64,000 nt of DNA, taken from assembly GCA_035495775.1 (NCBI GenBank), contig DATJFG010000033.1, positions 64,122-128,121 on the forward strand, read 5' to 3'. Positions 1-9,862 of this stretch are shown one piece after another. The notes below the pieces were generated by a model, which saw nothing but the letters and a program-made list of their open reading frames with translations, was not told the origin of the DNA and ran no database searches. The position numbers and the translations under genes were made by a program. How positions within the stretch are numbered: position 1 is the first letter of the stretch; each line of letters starts with the position of its first letter. This DNA comes from Verrucomicrobiia bacterium. Its GTDB lineage: Bacteria > Desulfobacterota > Binatia > UBA9968.

Positions 1-63
1 TGGGGGCGCGACGTGATCCCCAGGCTGTAAATTCTCAAATGACGTAAAATTCGCATTGACGGC

Positions 64-1098
64 ATGAAAGCGATCCTGCTCCGGGAATTCGGCGGCCCCG
101 ACGCGCTTCGCCTCGAAGAGGTCGAAACGCCCGTGCCGGCCGCAGGCGAGGTGCTCGTCCGGGTCGAGACCGTCTCGGTCAACCGCACGCTCGACCTCGT
201 CGTGCGCGCCGGCAAATACCCTTCCGACGTCAAGCTCCCGCTCGTGCTCGGCGTCGACCCCGCCGGGGTCGTCGTCGCCGCCGGCGAAGGCGCCATCGAT
301 CCGCCGGTCGGCGCCCGCGTCGCGGTCGTCTCGATGGTCGCCTGCGGCGCCTGCCGCTACTGCGCGGAAGGCGAAGAGGCGAACTGCATGAAGAGCCGCC
401 ACATCGGCGTCCACCGCTGGGGCGGCTACGCGGAATTCGTCGCGGCCCCGGTCTCGAACGCTTACGTCATTCCCGACAACGTCTCCTTCGCCGACGCGAC
501 CGTCATCACGCGCCACTTCCCTATGGCCTTCAACCTGCTCGTCAACAAGGCCGAATTAAAATCCGGCGAATGGGTCCTGATCATGGGCGCGGCCGGCGCG
601 CTCGGCAGCTCGGGCATCCAGGTCGCCAAGATGCTCGGCGCGAATGTTATCGCCGGCGCGGGTTCGGACGAGCGCGTCGCGATCGCCAAAGGCTACGGCG
701 CGGACTACGGCGTCAACTATCGCGCGCAGGATCTCGCCAAATCCGTGATGGAGATCACCGGCGGCCGCGGCGCCGACGTCGTGTACGAGAACATCGCCGA
801 CCCGACGCTCTGGCCGGGCGCCTTCAACAGCCTCGCCTGGGCCGGCCGCCTCGTCACCGCCGGCGGCCACGGCGGCGGCCAGGTCGCGCTCGACGTCAAG
901 CGGCTCTATCTCCGGCGCATGAAAGTCCTCGGCGCCGCCGGCACCAACCGGCGCGACGTCGAGCGCGCGCTTGCGGCGGCCGCCGCGGATAATATCCGCG
1001 CCATCATCGAGCGCACCATGCCGCTCAGCGCCGCCGCAGAGGCGCATCGCATCATGGAAGAAGATCGGATTCTGGGGAAGATCATCCTGACGCCTTGA
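64..1098 (+). CDS. Zn-dependent alcohol dehydrogenase / NADPH:quinone oxidoreductase (MDR superfamily)
   Basis: 344-aa ORF with the MDR architecture (N-terminal GroES-like region, Gly-rich nucleotide-binding GAAGALG motif) and a C-terminal region typical of quinone oxidoreductases. Recognised by eye. Confidence 0.8.
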   Translation: MKAILLREFGGPDALRLEEVETPVPAAGEVLVRVETVSVNRTLDLVVRAGKYPSDVKLPLVLGVDPAGVVVAAGEGAIDPPVGARVAVVSMVACGACRYCAEGEEANCMKSRHIGVHRWGGYAEFVAAPVSNAYVIPDNVSFADATVITRHFPMAFNLLVNKAELKSGEWVLIMGAAGALGSSGIQVAKMLGANVIAGAGSDERVAIAKGYGADYGVNYRAQDLAKSVMEITGGRGADVVYENIADPTLWPGAFNSLAWAGRLVTAGGHGGGQVALDVKRLYLRRMKVLGAAGTNRRDVERALAAAAADNIRAIIERTMPLSAAAEAHRIMEEDRILGKIILTP

Positions 1099-1240
1099 AA
1101 GCTGCGCTTACACCGGCAACCAATTCATGGTAATTGCCTTTTTTATAGGATCGTATTTCCAGGCCGGGCAAAAAGCTCCCAGATACTAGGCGCAATCGCA
1201 GTTCGCGAACCGTCCCTACATCGGCCTGCCAGGAGTAATT

Positions 1241-2083
1241 ATGGCGCAGATCGTCTCCATCATTGGCATCACGCACAACCCCTTCATGCCGCGCCTCTTC
1301 AAGCAGGCGACGCGCCCGCCCGGATGCGAAAAAGTTTTGGAGCGGATCGCGATGATGAAGGCGAAGCTCGCCGAGGCGAAGCCCGACGTGCTGGTCACGA
1401 TCGGCAACGACCATCTGCACCAGTTCTTCATGGACAACATGCCCGCCTTCATGATCGGCAAAATGGACGCCTACGCGGGCACGTTCTACGACGAGACGCG
1501 CGAGTTCGGCCTGCCCTATCACAAGATCCCCGGCGACCTCGAGCTGTCGGACGCGATCATGGAGGGAGCCTTCGAGCGCGGCGTCGACTTCGCCTACTCG
1601 AACGAGCTCACGATCGACCATTCGATCATCGTACCGCTCACCTTCATCCGCCCCGACATGGACATTCCGATCGTGCCGATCCTCACCAACTGCATCGCGC
1701 CGCCGCTGCCGCGCCCGAAACGGTTCTACCAGGTCGGCCAGGCGATCCGCGCCGTCATCGACGGCCTCGAGACCAAGAAGCGCATCGCCGTCATCGTGAG
1801 CGGCCATCTCTCGCTCGAGATCGGCGGCCCGAAGCAGTTCGAGCGCCATTTGACCGATCCCAACTTCGACGCCTCCGCCGTCGGCTGGATCAGCCAGGGC
1901 GACGTCAACGGCGCGGTCAACCACAGCTCGTTCGATCAATTGAAACAATCCGGCAACATGACGCACGGCTTTTTGAACTTTATCATGATGATGGGCGTCG
2001 CCAACGCCAAACGGCCGGCCTACGCCGAAGGGCTTGACGCCGGCTGGCCGGCGATTCCGTTTTTCAGGTACGACAGCGCTTAA
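1241..2083 (+). CDS. class III extradiol ring-cleavage dioxygenase, LigB family catalytic subunit
   Basis: 280-aa ORF with size and motifs (HNPF..., GNDHLHQF, SGHLS) characteristic of LigB/DODA-type extradiol dioxygenases. AGGAG-like SD upstream of the ATG. Confidence 0.7.
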   Translation: MAQIVSIIGITHNPFMPRLFKQATRPPGCEKVLERIAMMKAKLAEAKPDVLVTIGNDHLHQFFMDNMPAFMIGKMDAYAGTFYDETREFGLPYHKIPGDLELSDAIMEGAFERGVDFAYSNELTIDHSIIVPLTFIRPDMDIPIVPILTNCIAPPLPRPKRFYQVGQAIRAVIDGLETKKRIAVIVSGHLSLEIGGPKQFERHLTDPNFDASAVGWISQGDVNGAVNHSSFDQLKQSGNMTHGFLNFIMMMGVANAKRPAYAEGLDAGWPAIPFFRYDSA

Positions 2084-2177
2084 TTGAGATTGTGGATGCG
2101 GGCGCTTGTGAGTTCCTGCTAAGCGACGCGGCGGCTCTGTCTTATCGGTGCGGCGAGCTGAAAGCTGGAATAGAGAA

Positions 2178-2855
2178 TCACAATCCGAATTCAAGAAAAT
2201 ATTGATAAGGCAGAAAGTCGTCCGCCCGCCGGAGCCGATAACCCGCCTGGCCGAGCTCCTTGAGAACCGTCGTCTCGGACACCTTGTCTTCCGGCGCTTC
2301 CGGGCCGATCGGCATCGGCTTTTGATAGAAGTCGACGATCACGATCCGGCCTTTCGGCTTGAGGTTTTTCGAAAGTTTCTTGAAGTAATCGACCCGATTA
2401 CTCAGGTGGTGATAGGTATCGCATAAGAAAATGACGTCCACAGACTGCGGCGCGAGGCCAGGATCATCCGCTTTGACCAGACGCGGCTCATAATTCTTGA
2501 GATTGAGTTTCCGCGCCTCTTCTTTCATGTGTTCGACCATCGACGGCTCGATCTCGACGCCGATCGCCTTTCCACCGGGCGCGACGGCGGCGGCGAAGCG
2601 GCGGGTGAAATAACCCGTGCCGGCACCGATGTCGGCGATGACGTCGCCCGGTTTCAAGTTGAGATGTCTTACGACCTCATCGGGATGCTGCCACTTGTCC
2701 CGCTCGGGCCCTTCGAGCATCTCGCTCCAGCGGCCGACATCGCTGAAGTCGTGATGCGCGTCCGGCACGTGTTGCATCGACTGGGCCGAGCAGAGCGCAG
2801 GAAGGAAAAGAGCGAAAATGATCAGCCACCTCGACACCGAAATCTCTTTTTTCAT
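2178..2855 (-). CDS. secreted class I SAM-dependent methyltransferase
   Basis: N-terminal signal peptide (MKKEISVSRWLIIFALFLPALCSA) followed by the SAM-binding motif DIGAGTGYFT and an MTase fold. Start chosen at the internal Met preceding the signal peptide. Confidence 0.6.
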   Translation of the reverse strand: MKKEISVSRWLIIFALFLPALCSAQSMQHVPDAHHDFSDVGRWSEMLEGPERDKWQHPDEVVRHLNLKPGDVIADIGAGTGYFTRRFAAAVAPGGKAIGVEIEPSMVEHMKEEARKLNLKNYEPRLVKADDPGLAPQSVDVIFLCDTYHHLSNRVDYFKKLSKNLKPKGRIVIVDFYQKPMPIGPEAPEDKVSETTVLKELGQAGYRLRRADDFLPYQYFLEFGL

Positions 2856-2904
2856 AAGCATTCCTCTCGTCATTTCTTATCGCGCCAGCGAGCCGGCACA
2901 CATT

Positions 2905-4269
2905 TCAGCGCGAATCTTCCCCGGTAAGGCCGTACTTCTTGAGCTTGTAACGCAGCGCTCGCTCGGTGATGCCGAGCATCTCCGCCGCGCGGGTCTGGAC
3001 GCCGCCAGCCCGTGCCAGTGCTGTCTTGATCATTCGCCGCTCGACGCCTTCGACCGCCGCCGGCATGTTCGCCTCCACGCTTTCCGTTTCTTCCAGTGTC
3101 TGCGTGCCTAGCGGCAGGTCGGTTATTCCGATAACTTCGTCCCGCGTCAGCACCACCGCCCGTTCGACGATATTTTCCAGCTCGCGAACATTGCCCGGAT
3201 AATCATAGCGCAGCAGCAGTTCGCGCGCCTCGCGCGTGAAGCCGCGGATCGTCTTGCGATTTCTTTCCGCGAAGCGGCGCAGAAAGTGGTCCATCAACAA
3301 GGACAGATCCTCGCGCCGCTCCCTTAGCGGCGGCAGAACGACGGTGACGACGTTCAGGCGGTAATAGAGATCCTCCCGAAATTCACCCGCTTTGACGAGC
3401 GCCTCGAGATTTCGATGCGTCGCCGCGAGCATACGCACATCGACACGGATCGGCTTACTGGAGCCCACGCGCTCGAACTCCCGCTCCTGGAGGACGCGAA
3501 GAAGTTTCGCCTGCAGCGGAAGCGGCAGATCGCCGATCTCGTCGAGGAAAAGCGTCCCCTTGTCGGCCAGTTCGAAGCGCCCTTGGCGCGCCGCCACCGC
3601 GCCGGTAAACGCGCCTTTCTCGTGCCCGAACAACTCGGATTCAAGCAGCGTCTCCGGCAGGGCCGCGCAGTTCACCCGGATCATCGGCCCCGACGCCCGC
3701 GCGCTCGCATAGTGAATCGCCTTGGCGATAAGTTCCTTGCCCGTTCCGCTCTCGCCGCGGATCAAGACCGTCGCCTCGCTCGGCGCTACCCGACGCACGA
3801 GTGACAGGACTTCGATCATTCTGCCGCTCTCGCCGACGATCCCCTCGATCCGGTGGCTTTTCTCCAAAGTCTCGCGCAGGTCTCGATTCTCGGAAATGAG
3901 GCGGCTACGCTCCTTGACCTGATCGATGCGGAAGAGCAGCTCATCGAGATTGACCGGCTTCGCAACGTAATCCGCCGCGCCGGTCTTAATTGCGGCAACC
4001 GCGGTCTCGACGGTACCGTAGGCCGTAATCACGATCACAGCCGCCTCGGGATTGATGGCCCGGATCGCTTTTAGCAGTTCCAGCCCCGACATGTCCGGCA
4101 TCTTTTGGTCGGTGAGAACGAGGTCGATGGCCGCTTCGCGAAATATCTCCAGCGCCCTCGCTCCGCTTTCGGCGCGGGCCGTTTCAAATCCACGCTTTTT
4201 TAAAAAGCCGACGACGAGCTCCAATTGGCTCGGCTCGTCATCGACGACGAGAATGCGAAACGACTCCAC
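2905..4269 (-). CDS. sigma-54-dependent response regulator (NtrC family)
   Basis: REC domain with a phospho-acceptor Asp context, AAA+ sigma-54 activator core (GESGTGKE, GAFTGA, ESELFGHEKGAFTG) and a C-terminal Fis-type HTH. Confidence 0.9.
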   Translation of the reverse strand: MESFRILVVDDEPSQLELVVGFLKKRGFETARAESGARALEIFREAAIDLVLTDQKMPDMSGLELLKAIRAINPEAAVIVITAYGTVETAVAAIKTGAADYVAKPVNLDELLFRIDQVKERSRLISENRDLRETLEKSHRIEGIVGESGRMIEVLSLVRRVAPSEATVLIRGESGTGKELIAKAIHYASARASGPMIRVNCAALPETLLESELFGHEKGAFTGAVAARQGRFELADKGTLFLDEIGDLPLPLQAKLLRVLQEREFERVGSSKPIRVDVRMLAATHRNLEALVKAGEFREDLYYRLNVVTVVLPPLRERREDLSLLMDHFLRRFAERNRKTIRGFTREARELLLRYDYPGNVRELENIVERAVVLTRDEVIGITDLPLGTQTLEETESVEANMPAAVEGVERRMIKTALARAGGVQTRAAEMLGITERALRYKLKKYGLTGEDSR

Positions 4270-4272
4270 CGT

Positions 4273-6009
4273 TTACCTCGCGATCGGCACGGCGATCTCG
4301 AAGCGGCTGCCGCGGCCTGCTTCGCTCTCGGCGGTGAGTTTTCCACCGTGCGCCTCAACGATCCTTCGGGCGATGGCCAGGCCCAGACCGGAGCCGCGCC
4401 CGTTGGTCGTGAAGTAAGGCTCAAAAATCCGAGGCAAAAGTTCTTCGGGAATGCCTGTGCCGGTATCGGTTACCGCAATGATGAAATTGCCGCCGACAGC
4501 TTTCGCTTCCAACACGAGCTTGCCTCCGTCGGGCATCGCCTGAATTGCGTTGAGAATAAGATTGAGCAACGCTTGCTTAATATAGTTTCGATCCAAGCGC
4601 CCGCGTGGAAGATCGGGCGACGCAGCGACCTCGATCTCGACTTTGCCCGACGCAGCATCGCCCCCGACGAGCGTCGCCACCTCATGAAGCAGCTCGTCGA
4701 TCGATATCTCTTCGGTCTTGAACTCCAGCGGCCGAGCGAGCGACAGAAACTCTTCGACAATCGAGTTGAGCCGAGCGACCTCGCCCCGCATCAGCTCGAT
4801 GAAGTGCGCGTACTCTTGTTCGTCGGTCGTCGGACGAAACTCTCCTTTGAGGCGCTGAAGTCCCATCGAAATCGCATTGAGAGGATTTCGGACCTCGTGC
4901 GCAACGGTCGCGGCGAGGTGGCCGAGTGCCGAAAGGCGTTCGCGGAGCGCGACCTCGGCTTCCAGGGTTTTCACTTGTCGGAGATTCGAGTGCTGGTTAT
5001 AAAAGATAACCGCCATACCTAGAATTCCCACGGCCACGATAGTCAAGCCCAACACGAAAACGGAGACGAGGCTGTTGCGCCACGCCGATTCCACCGGGCC
5101 TAAGGAGAGTCCGATCTTCAAAAAGCCGAGCGTCGACCCGTCGAAGCGAATCGGCTTGACGATTTCATAATCCCGCTTTCCCCCCTCACGCGCGACAATG
5201 TGGTCGAGATTGACGCCGTCGGAACGGACCTTCAATAAGAGCGGGTCGGTATCCTGCTGGTTCAACAGGGCGCGGTTGGTGTGCGCGATGATTTTGAAAC
5301 TGCCGTCCAACAGAGCGACATAATCGATGTCGGACTGGCGCCCCAGCTCCTCGATCTGGCGCTCGACGCCGATCTCGTTTTTGAAGTTCAGAATATAGCC
5401 GGCGTCGGCGTGAACCGCGATCACGCCCGGAAAGCTCTGTGCGCCGACGGCGACTCCGAACAGGCTCCCTTCCCAAAATTTTTTTTCCTTCAGTTGAGAA
5501 GGCAGCTTACCGTCTTTCTCCTCGCCGCGGGAGGGAAGCTGCCAGCGTCTCCCCCACATGAACATTCCGAAGGGCGGATGAGGAGGAAAATGTTCTTCGC
5601 CGTGCGCCTCCAACATCCGCGCCCTCATCTCCGCGGGCGTCTTGGGCGGCGGCGGGGGCTCCCAGGGCTGCCCCTGGGCGTCCAGAAGCTCGACTTTTTC
5701 CAGGCGGTTCATTGCGCTGATCCTTTTGAGTGAATCTCGATCCGCCGCGCCGGCAAAAACAAGCTGGTCGATGAGCCGCGCATTGTCGAGCAGGCGCTGG
5801 CCGATCTGCTCTTCCAGCAATGAGTTTCCGAGGATCGCGTTCTTGGCGCCGGTCTCAATCGTCTCGGCGAGCGCCCTGCCCTTGGCTTCTGTCTGCTGCA
5901 TGAGTTCGCCGTAGAGTCTTCGGCTCTCGGAGAACGCGTAGACGGAGACAAGAGCCAAAAGAAGAAAAACCGAGGCCAAGAAGTGGCGCGGTAAAAGAAC
6001 TTTCTTCAT
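4273..6009 (-). CDS. sensor histidine kinase with large periplasmic sensing domain
   Basis: N-terminal TM, ~280-aa periplasmic region, second TM, HisKA H-box ([10 protein letters not shown]) and HATPase_c N/G boxes (NAIQAM, DTGTGI, GSGLGL). Stop is 4 bp before the regulator start. Confidence 0.85.
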   Translation of the reverse strand: MKKVLLPRHFLASVFLLLALVSVYAFSESRRLYGELMQQTEAKGRALAETIETGAKNAILGNSLLEEQIGQRLLDNARLIDQLVFAGAADRDSLKRISAMNRLEKVELLDAQGQPWEPPPPPKTPAEMRARMLEAHGEEHFPPHPPFGMFMWGRRWQLPSRGEEKDGKLPSQLKEKKFWEGSLFGVAVGAQSFPGVIAVHADAGYILNFKNEIGVERQIEELGRQSDIDYVALLDGSFKIIAHTNRALLNQQDTDPLLLKVRSDGVNLDHIVAREGGKRDYEIVKPIRFDGSTLGFLKIGLSLGPVESAWRNSLVSVFVLGLTIVAVGILGMAVIFYNQHSNLRQVKTLEAEVALRERLSALGHLAATVAHEVRNPLNAISMGLQRLKGEFRPTTDEQEYAHFIELMRGEVARLNSIVEEFLSLARPLEFKTEEISIDELLHEVATLVGGDAASGKVEIEVAASPDLPRGRLDRNYIKQALLNLILNAIQAMPDGGKLVLEAKAVGGNFIIAVTDTGTGIPEELLPRIFEPYFTTNGRGSGLGLAIARRIVEAHGGKLTAESEAGRGSRFEIAVPIAR

Positions 6010-6124
6010 CAGCGACGACCATTGTAGAAGGTATTCTCCCGCAGCACAAAGCTATCGGTAACGCAACGACCCCCGCGGCCGTTCGGCTGCGGGGGTCGTT
6101 CGCTCAGCGGGATAATAGTACTAA

Positions 6125-6496
6125 CTATGTTCCGCGCGGAGCGCCGAACGGCATCACACCGCCGAAGGGGTTGATGTGGATCGTGCGCAACTCGCCCTTA
6201 TCGTTCTTAAGCTCGACCACGTACATTGTGCGAGGCATCCCGGTCGATGGAAGAACCCGCTCGACCTTGAAGCCGGCCAGGTTTTTATCGGCGTACTGCT
6301 GCGCCAAATCTCTGGCCTGCTGATCGGTGACCTGGGTTTCGTTTGCGCCGAAGCCCGGTCCGCCCATCATGCCACGGCCCATCGGTCCCATCCCAGGGCC
6401 GTGAGGGCCGCCCCATTGCGCAGTAACGACTCCGGCGGCGGCCAAAATGACTACCACAGCAGCCACTACTACGGTCACGCCTAAAAATTTCTTCAT
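6125..6496 (-). CDS. small secreted Met/Gly-rich protein (possible metal-binding accessory protein)
   Basis: 123 aa with a signal peptide, the MGPMGRGMMGGPGFG Met/Gly-rich tract and a C-terminal beta-rich domain. First gene behind a sigma-54 promoter and 5' of the kinase/regulator pair. Confidence 0.5.
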   Translation of the reverse strand: MKKFLGVTVVVAAVVVILAAAGVVTAQWGGPHGPGMGPMGRGMMGGPGFGANETQVTDQQARDLAQQYADKNLAGFKVERVLPSTGMPRTMYVVELKNDKGELRTIHINPFGGVMPFGAPRGT

Positions 6497-6541
6497 GATT
6501 GTTTCCTCCTTTCTGTCGAATTGTGCTCCTACACCGATAGA

Positions 6542-6557
6542 GCAATGGCTGTGCCAT
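6542..6557 (-). promoter_or_regulatory. sigma-54 (RpoN) -24/-12 promoter
   Basis: Minus-strand sequence TGGCAC-AGCCA-TTGCT matches the TGGCAC-N5-TTGCW consensus, about 45 bp upstream of the 6496 start codon. A GGAGG SD is present in the leader. Confidence 0.5.
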
Positions 6558-6762
6558 AGTGCTGATTAACGTAACGGGCTGATTTTCGCATGGTTTCGAA
6601 AATTCTCAGACGACAAAAGAAAATGTATTTCGACCAAATCGTCGAAAACTTCGACGATAACGTCGACTCCTACTGTCGCGTTCACAGAACGGCGAGATTT
6701 CCGCCCTTGAACAACTCAGCCCGTGCGTGGCATTCTGGAGCCTGATTGTTTAAGGAGCCGCC

Positions 6763-7074
6763 ATGAGCAAATACGTGATGAACAAGTTCATCCATCAGGT
6801 GAACATGAGCGAGGCGTTAGAGAAGGAGTACAAGGCGAGCCCCGCCGACTTCGTCGAGAAATGGGAGCAAGACCAGATATTAAAACTCAGCGACGACGAG
6901 CGCGCGGCGCTCGCCGCCCGCGACTACGGCAGGCTCTACGCCCTCGGCGCGCACCCCTTCACCCTGTGGAGCTTCACCGAGGCGATCTGGGCGCACGAAG
7001 TGCCGCGCGAAGAATTAATTAAAGATTACAAGGAAAAGGCCGCGAAGACGGGATATCCGGATTTCAAGACATGA
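6763..7074 (+). CDS. LigA-like small subunit of aromatic ring-opening dioxygenase (PF07746-like)
   Basis: 103 aa. The LSDDERAALAARDYGRLYALG segment parallels LigA LTPAAKAAVLARDYNAMIDEG. Its stop overlaps the downstream start (ATGA). Confidence 0.55.
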   Translation: MSKYVMNKFIHQVNMSEALEKEYKASPADFVEKWEQDQILKLSDDERAALAARDYGRLYALGAHPFTLWSFTEAIWAHEVPREELIKDYKEKAAKTGYPDFKT

Positions 7075-8099
7075 TTAAAAATACTTTGTCTCTACGTTTA
7101 CGCCGCACGACGGTCATCGCGGCACTCTTCCTTCTCGCCGCGCTCTCATCGCCCACCGCCGCCGCGGAGCCGACTGAGGTGGAAGTCGGCATCTCCGCGC
7201 AGGTGGTGACCATGTTTCCTCTGTGGATGGCCGAGGTCGGCGGCCTCTATCAGAAGGAGGGATTGAAGGTCCAGGTGGTCACGATGGAGGGCGGCACGCG
7301 CGGCATCCAGGTGCTTCTCTCCGGCAAGATCCTGGCGATGCACGTCGGGCTCGCGCCCGTGGTCCAGGCGAACAAACAGGGAGCGGACCTCCGCATGATC
7401 GCGTCGAGCGCCAACACGATCCCATTCACGATCTTCTCCGCGCCCGACGTGAAAACCGCCGCGGACCTGAAGGGCGGCACGGTGGGCGTCAGCACCTTCG
7501 GCTCGGAGAGCGACATCGCCGTCACGCTCGCGCTCAAGCGCCTGGGCCTAAGCCGCAAAGACGTCACCATCGTGCAGATGGGCGGCACCTCCCAGCGGCT
7601 GGCCGCGCTGCTCTCCGGCCAGGCCAAGGCGGTGCCGCTGCTCGAGCCCGCGACGACGACCGCGCGCGAGCAGGGGCTCAACGCGCTCGTCGATCTCGCC
7701 GCGGCCAACGTTCCATGGGTATTCGACGGACTCGTGGTCAGGCGCGGCCAGTTGGATAGCCAACGCGCCCTGCTGACGCGTCTTCTCCGGGCTTACATCG
7801 GCGGCGCCTACCTTGCCCTGGCCGACGAGAAGCGCGCCAAGGAGCTGATCGCCGCGCAGTTCAAGACGAGCGATGCCAAGGTGATCAACGCCACTTACAA
7901 CGACTTCAAACGGCTCATGCCGCTCGATGCCGAGCCGTCGCGCGCGGGCGCCGAGAACGTCATCGCAGAGCTTCAGGCGATCGGAGTCGCCGTGGGCAGC
8001 AGAAATCCCGAGGACCATCTGGATTCCGGCATCATCCAGACGCTCAAAAAAGAGGGCTTCTTCACAGCGCTGAAGAGACAGTACGGAATGGCGCAGTAA
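7071..8099 (+). CDS. ABC-type periplasmic substrate-binding protein, NMT1/SsuA/TauA family
   Basis: Signal peptide and a two-lobe NMT1-like fold. Similar to the SBPs at 31841..32830 and 41067..42071. Confidence 0.7.
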   Translation: MIKNTLSLRLRRTTVIAALFLLAALSSPTAAAEPTEVEVGISAQVVTMFPLWMAEVGGLYQKEGLKVQVVTMEGGTRGIQVLLSGKILAMHVGLAPVVQANKQGADLRMIASSANTIPFTIFSAPDVKTAADLKGGTVGVSTFGSESDIAVTLALKRLGLSRKDVTIVQMGGTSQRLAALLSGQAKAVPLLEPATTTAREQGLNALVDLAAANVPWVFDGLVVRRGQLDSQRALLTRLLRAYIGGAYLALADEKRAKELIAAQFKTSDAKVINATYNDFKRLMPLDAEPSRAGAENVIAELQAIGVAVGSRNPEDHLDSGIIQTLKKEGFFTALKRQYGMAQ

Positions 8100-8241
8100 C
8101 CGGGTTGCGGCTTTCTCACCCCACGTGTTCCAGTGCTCTGGAGCTTCATGGAAGGTCCGACTCTCGCAAGTAGTTTAGCGGCTCGATGGCGGGTCGGGAA
8201 GATGGTGGAAACCGAAAAAGACTCCAGCTTCCTCTTAGGCC

Positions 8242-8538
8242 TCAGGCGACTTCAAGCGGATCTAGCATTATAGCGGTGCGCTCCGCGAGGTCGTTGATTT
8301 TCGAAAGGTACTTTTCGAAATGCGGTGTCGCGCGGTGCGCCGCCACGGCCTCATCGTCGGTATAAAGTTCCTCGAGCACGAAACGGCCGGCGTCAGCATG
8401 GTCCCGCCACAGGTTGTACTGTAAGTTCCCCGGCTCGGTCCGGCTCGCAATCACCATACCGTCGAGCAGTGCTCTAAGTTCCTCGGCCCTGCCGCGCCTG
8501 GCGACAAGGATGGCTATGATCTTCACTGGAGTTGACAT
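8242..8538 (-). CDS. antibiotic biosynthesis monooxygenase (ABM) domain protein
   Basis: ~98-aa ferredoxin-like ABM fold (VKIIAILVARRGRAEEL...HFEKY). Start taken at the internal Met. Confidence 0.55.
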   Translation of the reverse strand: MSTPVKIIAILVARRGRAEELRALLDGMVIASRTEPGNLQYNLWRDHADAGRFVLEELYTDDEAVAAHRATPHFEKYLSKINDLAERTAIMLDPLEVA

Positions 8539-8606
8539 GATTATTTTTCCTATCTTCTCGTCGATTTTTGCAGAGGCGGATTCTGTCTCGCGCGATTCGT
8601 CGGCTT

Positions 8607-9620
8607 TCAATTCGGCTCGAAGACATCCACGATTGCCGTCGTGCCCGGCGCGCGCCCGCCCTGAACGATGCTGCCCCCGGGAAGGTAAATCCGCTTTCCC
8701 AGCACCGCGGCGCCGATGGCATGGCGGGCGAGCGGCATCGGCGCGAGCCGCGTCCAGGCGTCGCGGGCCGGATCGTAAAACTCGACCTGGTTGAAGGTTC
8801 CAAGCGACGTGTTGTCGGCGTTGCCTTCGCCGCCGAAGACGTAGAGCCGATTGTTGGCTACGGCTGCAGCGCCGCCGGAGCGGCCGGTCGGCATCGGCGC
8901 CCGCTCGCTCCAGGCGCGCGTCGCGGGATCGTACGCTTCGACATTTTTGAGCGTATAGTTGGGCCGGTTACGCCCGCCCACGGCGTAAATCCGCCCGCCG
9001 AGCGCGCCGGCGACGAGATGATCGCGCCGGTAGCGCAGCGGCGGCAGGATCTCCCACGCGTCGATCTTGGGATCGTAGACCGCGGCGTCGGACACCGGCT
9101 CGTACGCATCCGGCTTTGCGGCGCTAAAGCGCTCGCCCCCGAGCGCGTAGATTTTTCCGTCGAGCACCGCGACCGCGAGCGCGCCGCGCGGCGCCGGCAG
9201 CGGCGCGCGTTTCTCCCAGCGATCGGCGGCAGGATCGTATTGCCAAACCGAAGCGATCGGGTTGCGCTTGGCGAAGACTCCGGTGAAGCCGCCGACGACG
9301 TAGATTTTGCCGTCAACCGCTGCCACGCCGTGGTGATGCATCGCCTGGGGAATCGGCGCGGCCTGCTTCCACTTATTTCCCGCCGTGTCGTACACCTGGA
9401 CGAGGACGCTCGGCACCGTGTCGGAGCCGTAGCCGCTGATGATGTAAATCGTGTCGCCCAACGCGACGATGCCAGCCTCCTGGCGCGCCTCGGGCATGCC
9501 GCCGGCGAGACTCCACGCGCCGCCCTTGGGAAGGACGGCGGCTTCTTCCGCCGCAGCGTCGGTGCGGCAGAAGCCGAGCCCGATGGCCAGCATGAAGAAC
9601 GTTTTGATGGCAAGATTCAT
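8607..9620 (-). CDS. secreted Kelch-repeat beta-propeller protein
   Basis: Signal peptide plus six repeats of the form GxxIYxxGG...W..YDP. Confidence 0.7.
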   Translation of the reverse strand: MNLAIKTFFMLAIGLGFCRTDAAAEEAAVLPKGGAWSLAGGMPEARQEAGIVALGDTIYIISGYGSDTVPSVLVQVYDTAGNKWKQAAPIPQAMHHHGVAAVDGKIYVVGGFTGVFAKRNPIASVWQYDPAADRWEKRAPLPAPRGALAVAVLDGKIYALGGERFSAAKPDAYEPVSDAAVYDPKIDAWEILPPLRYRRDHLVAGALGGRIYAVGGRNRPNYTLKNVEAYDPATRAWSERAPMPTGRSGGAAAVANNRLYVFGGEGNADNTSLGTFNQVEFYDPARDAWTRLAPMPLARHAIGAAVLGKRIYLPGGSIVQGGRAPGTTAIVDVFEPN

Positions 9621-9862
9621 AGCGCTTCTCCTCTCGTTGCGCGCGCACGGACGAGCGCGGGAAAGTTGCGCGCGGGAGGAGAGTAGTCAATCGATTAGGA
9701 AAATGTCAACGGCGGTGATGAGGTCATGACTTACTATCTACCCAGAAGAACCGAAGAATAGGGATAAGCCACCCGAGAAATATCGGCAGCATGATACGTA
9801 AGGCGCGAGCGCGCAGGTATTGGGGGCGTAGTAAAGCGTGATGTGATGTCCATTTTCGTATT

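Noticed and set aside
6723-6745. Plus-strand TGGCAT-N-GCCTG as a sigma-54 promoter for the LigA-like and SBP genes
   Set aside because: GG-to-GC spacing is off by one and the -12 element does not match TTGCW. It would leave almost no leader before the ATG. The minus-strand site at 6542..6557 is a much better match.
8100-8241. Possible tRNA or small RNA in the 140-bp gap after the SBP gene
   Set aside because: No cloverleaf-compatible arms (no GTTCRANYC T-loop or acceptor pairing) could be found by eye.
8568-9686. 372-aa plus-strand ORF and a 251-aa alternative-frame minus ORF overlapping the Kelch-repeat gene
   Set aside because: Arg/Ala-rich low-complexity translations typical of antisense or off-frame reading in GC-rich DNA. 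The Kelch frame has clear repeats and a signal peptide.
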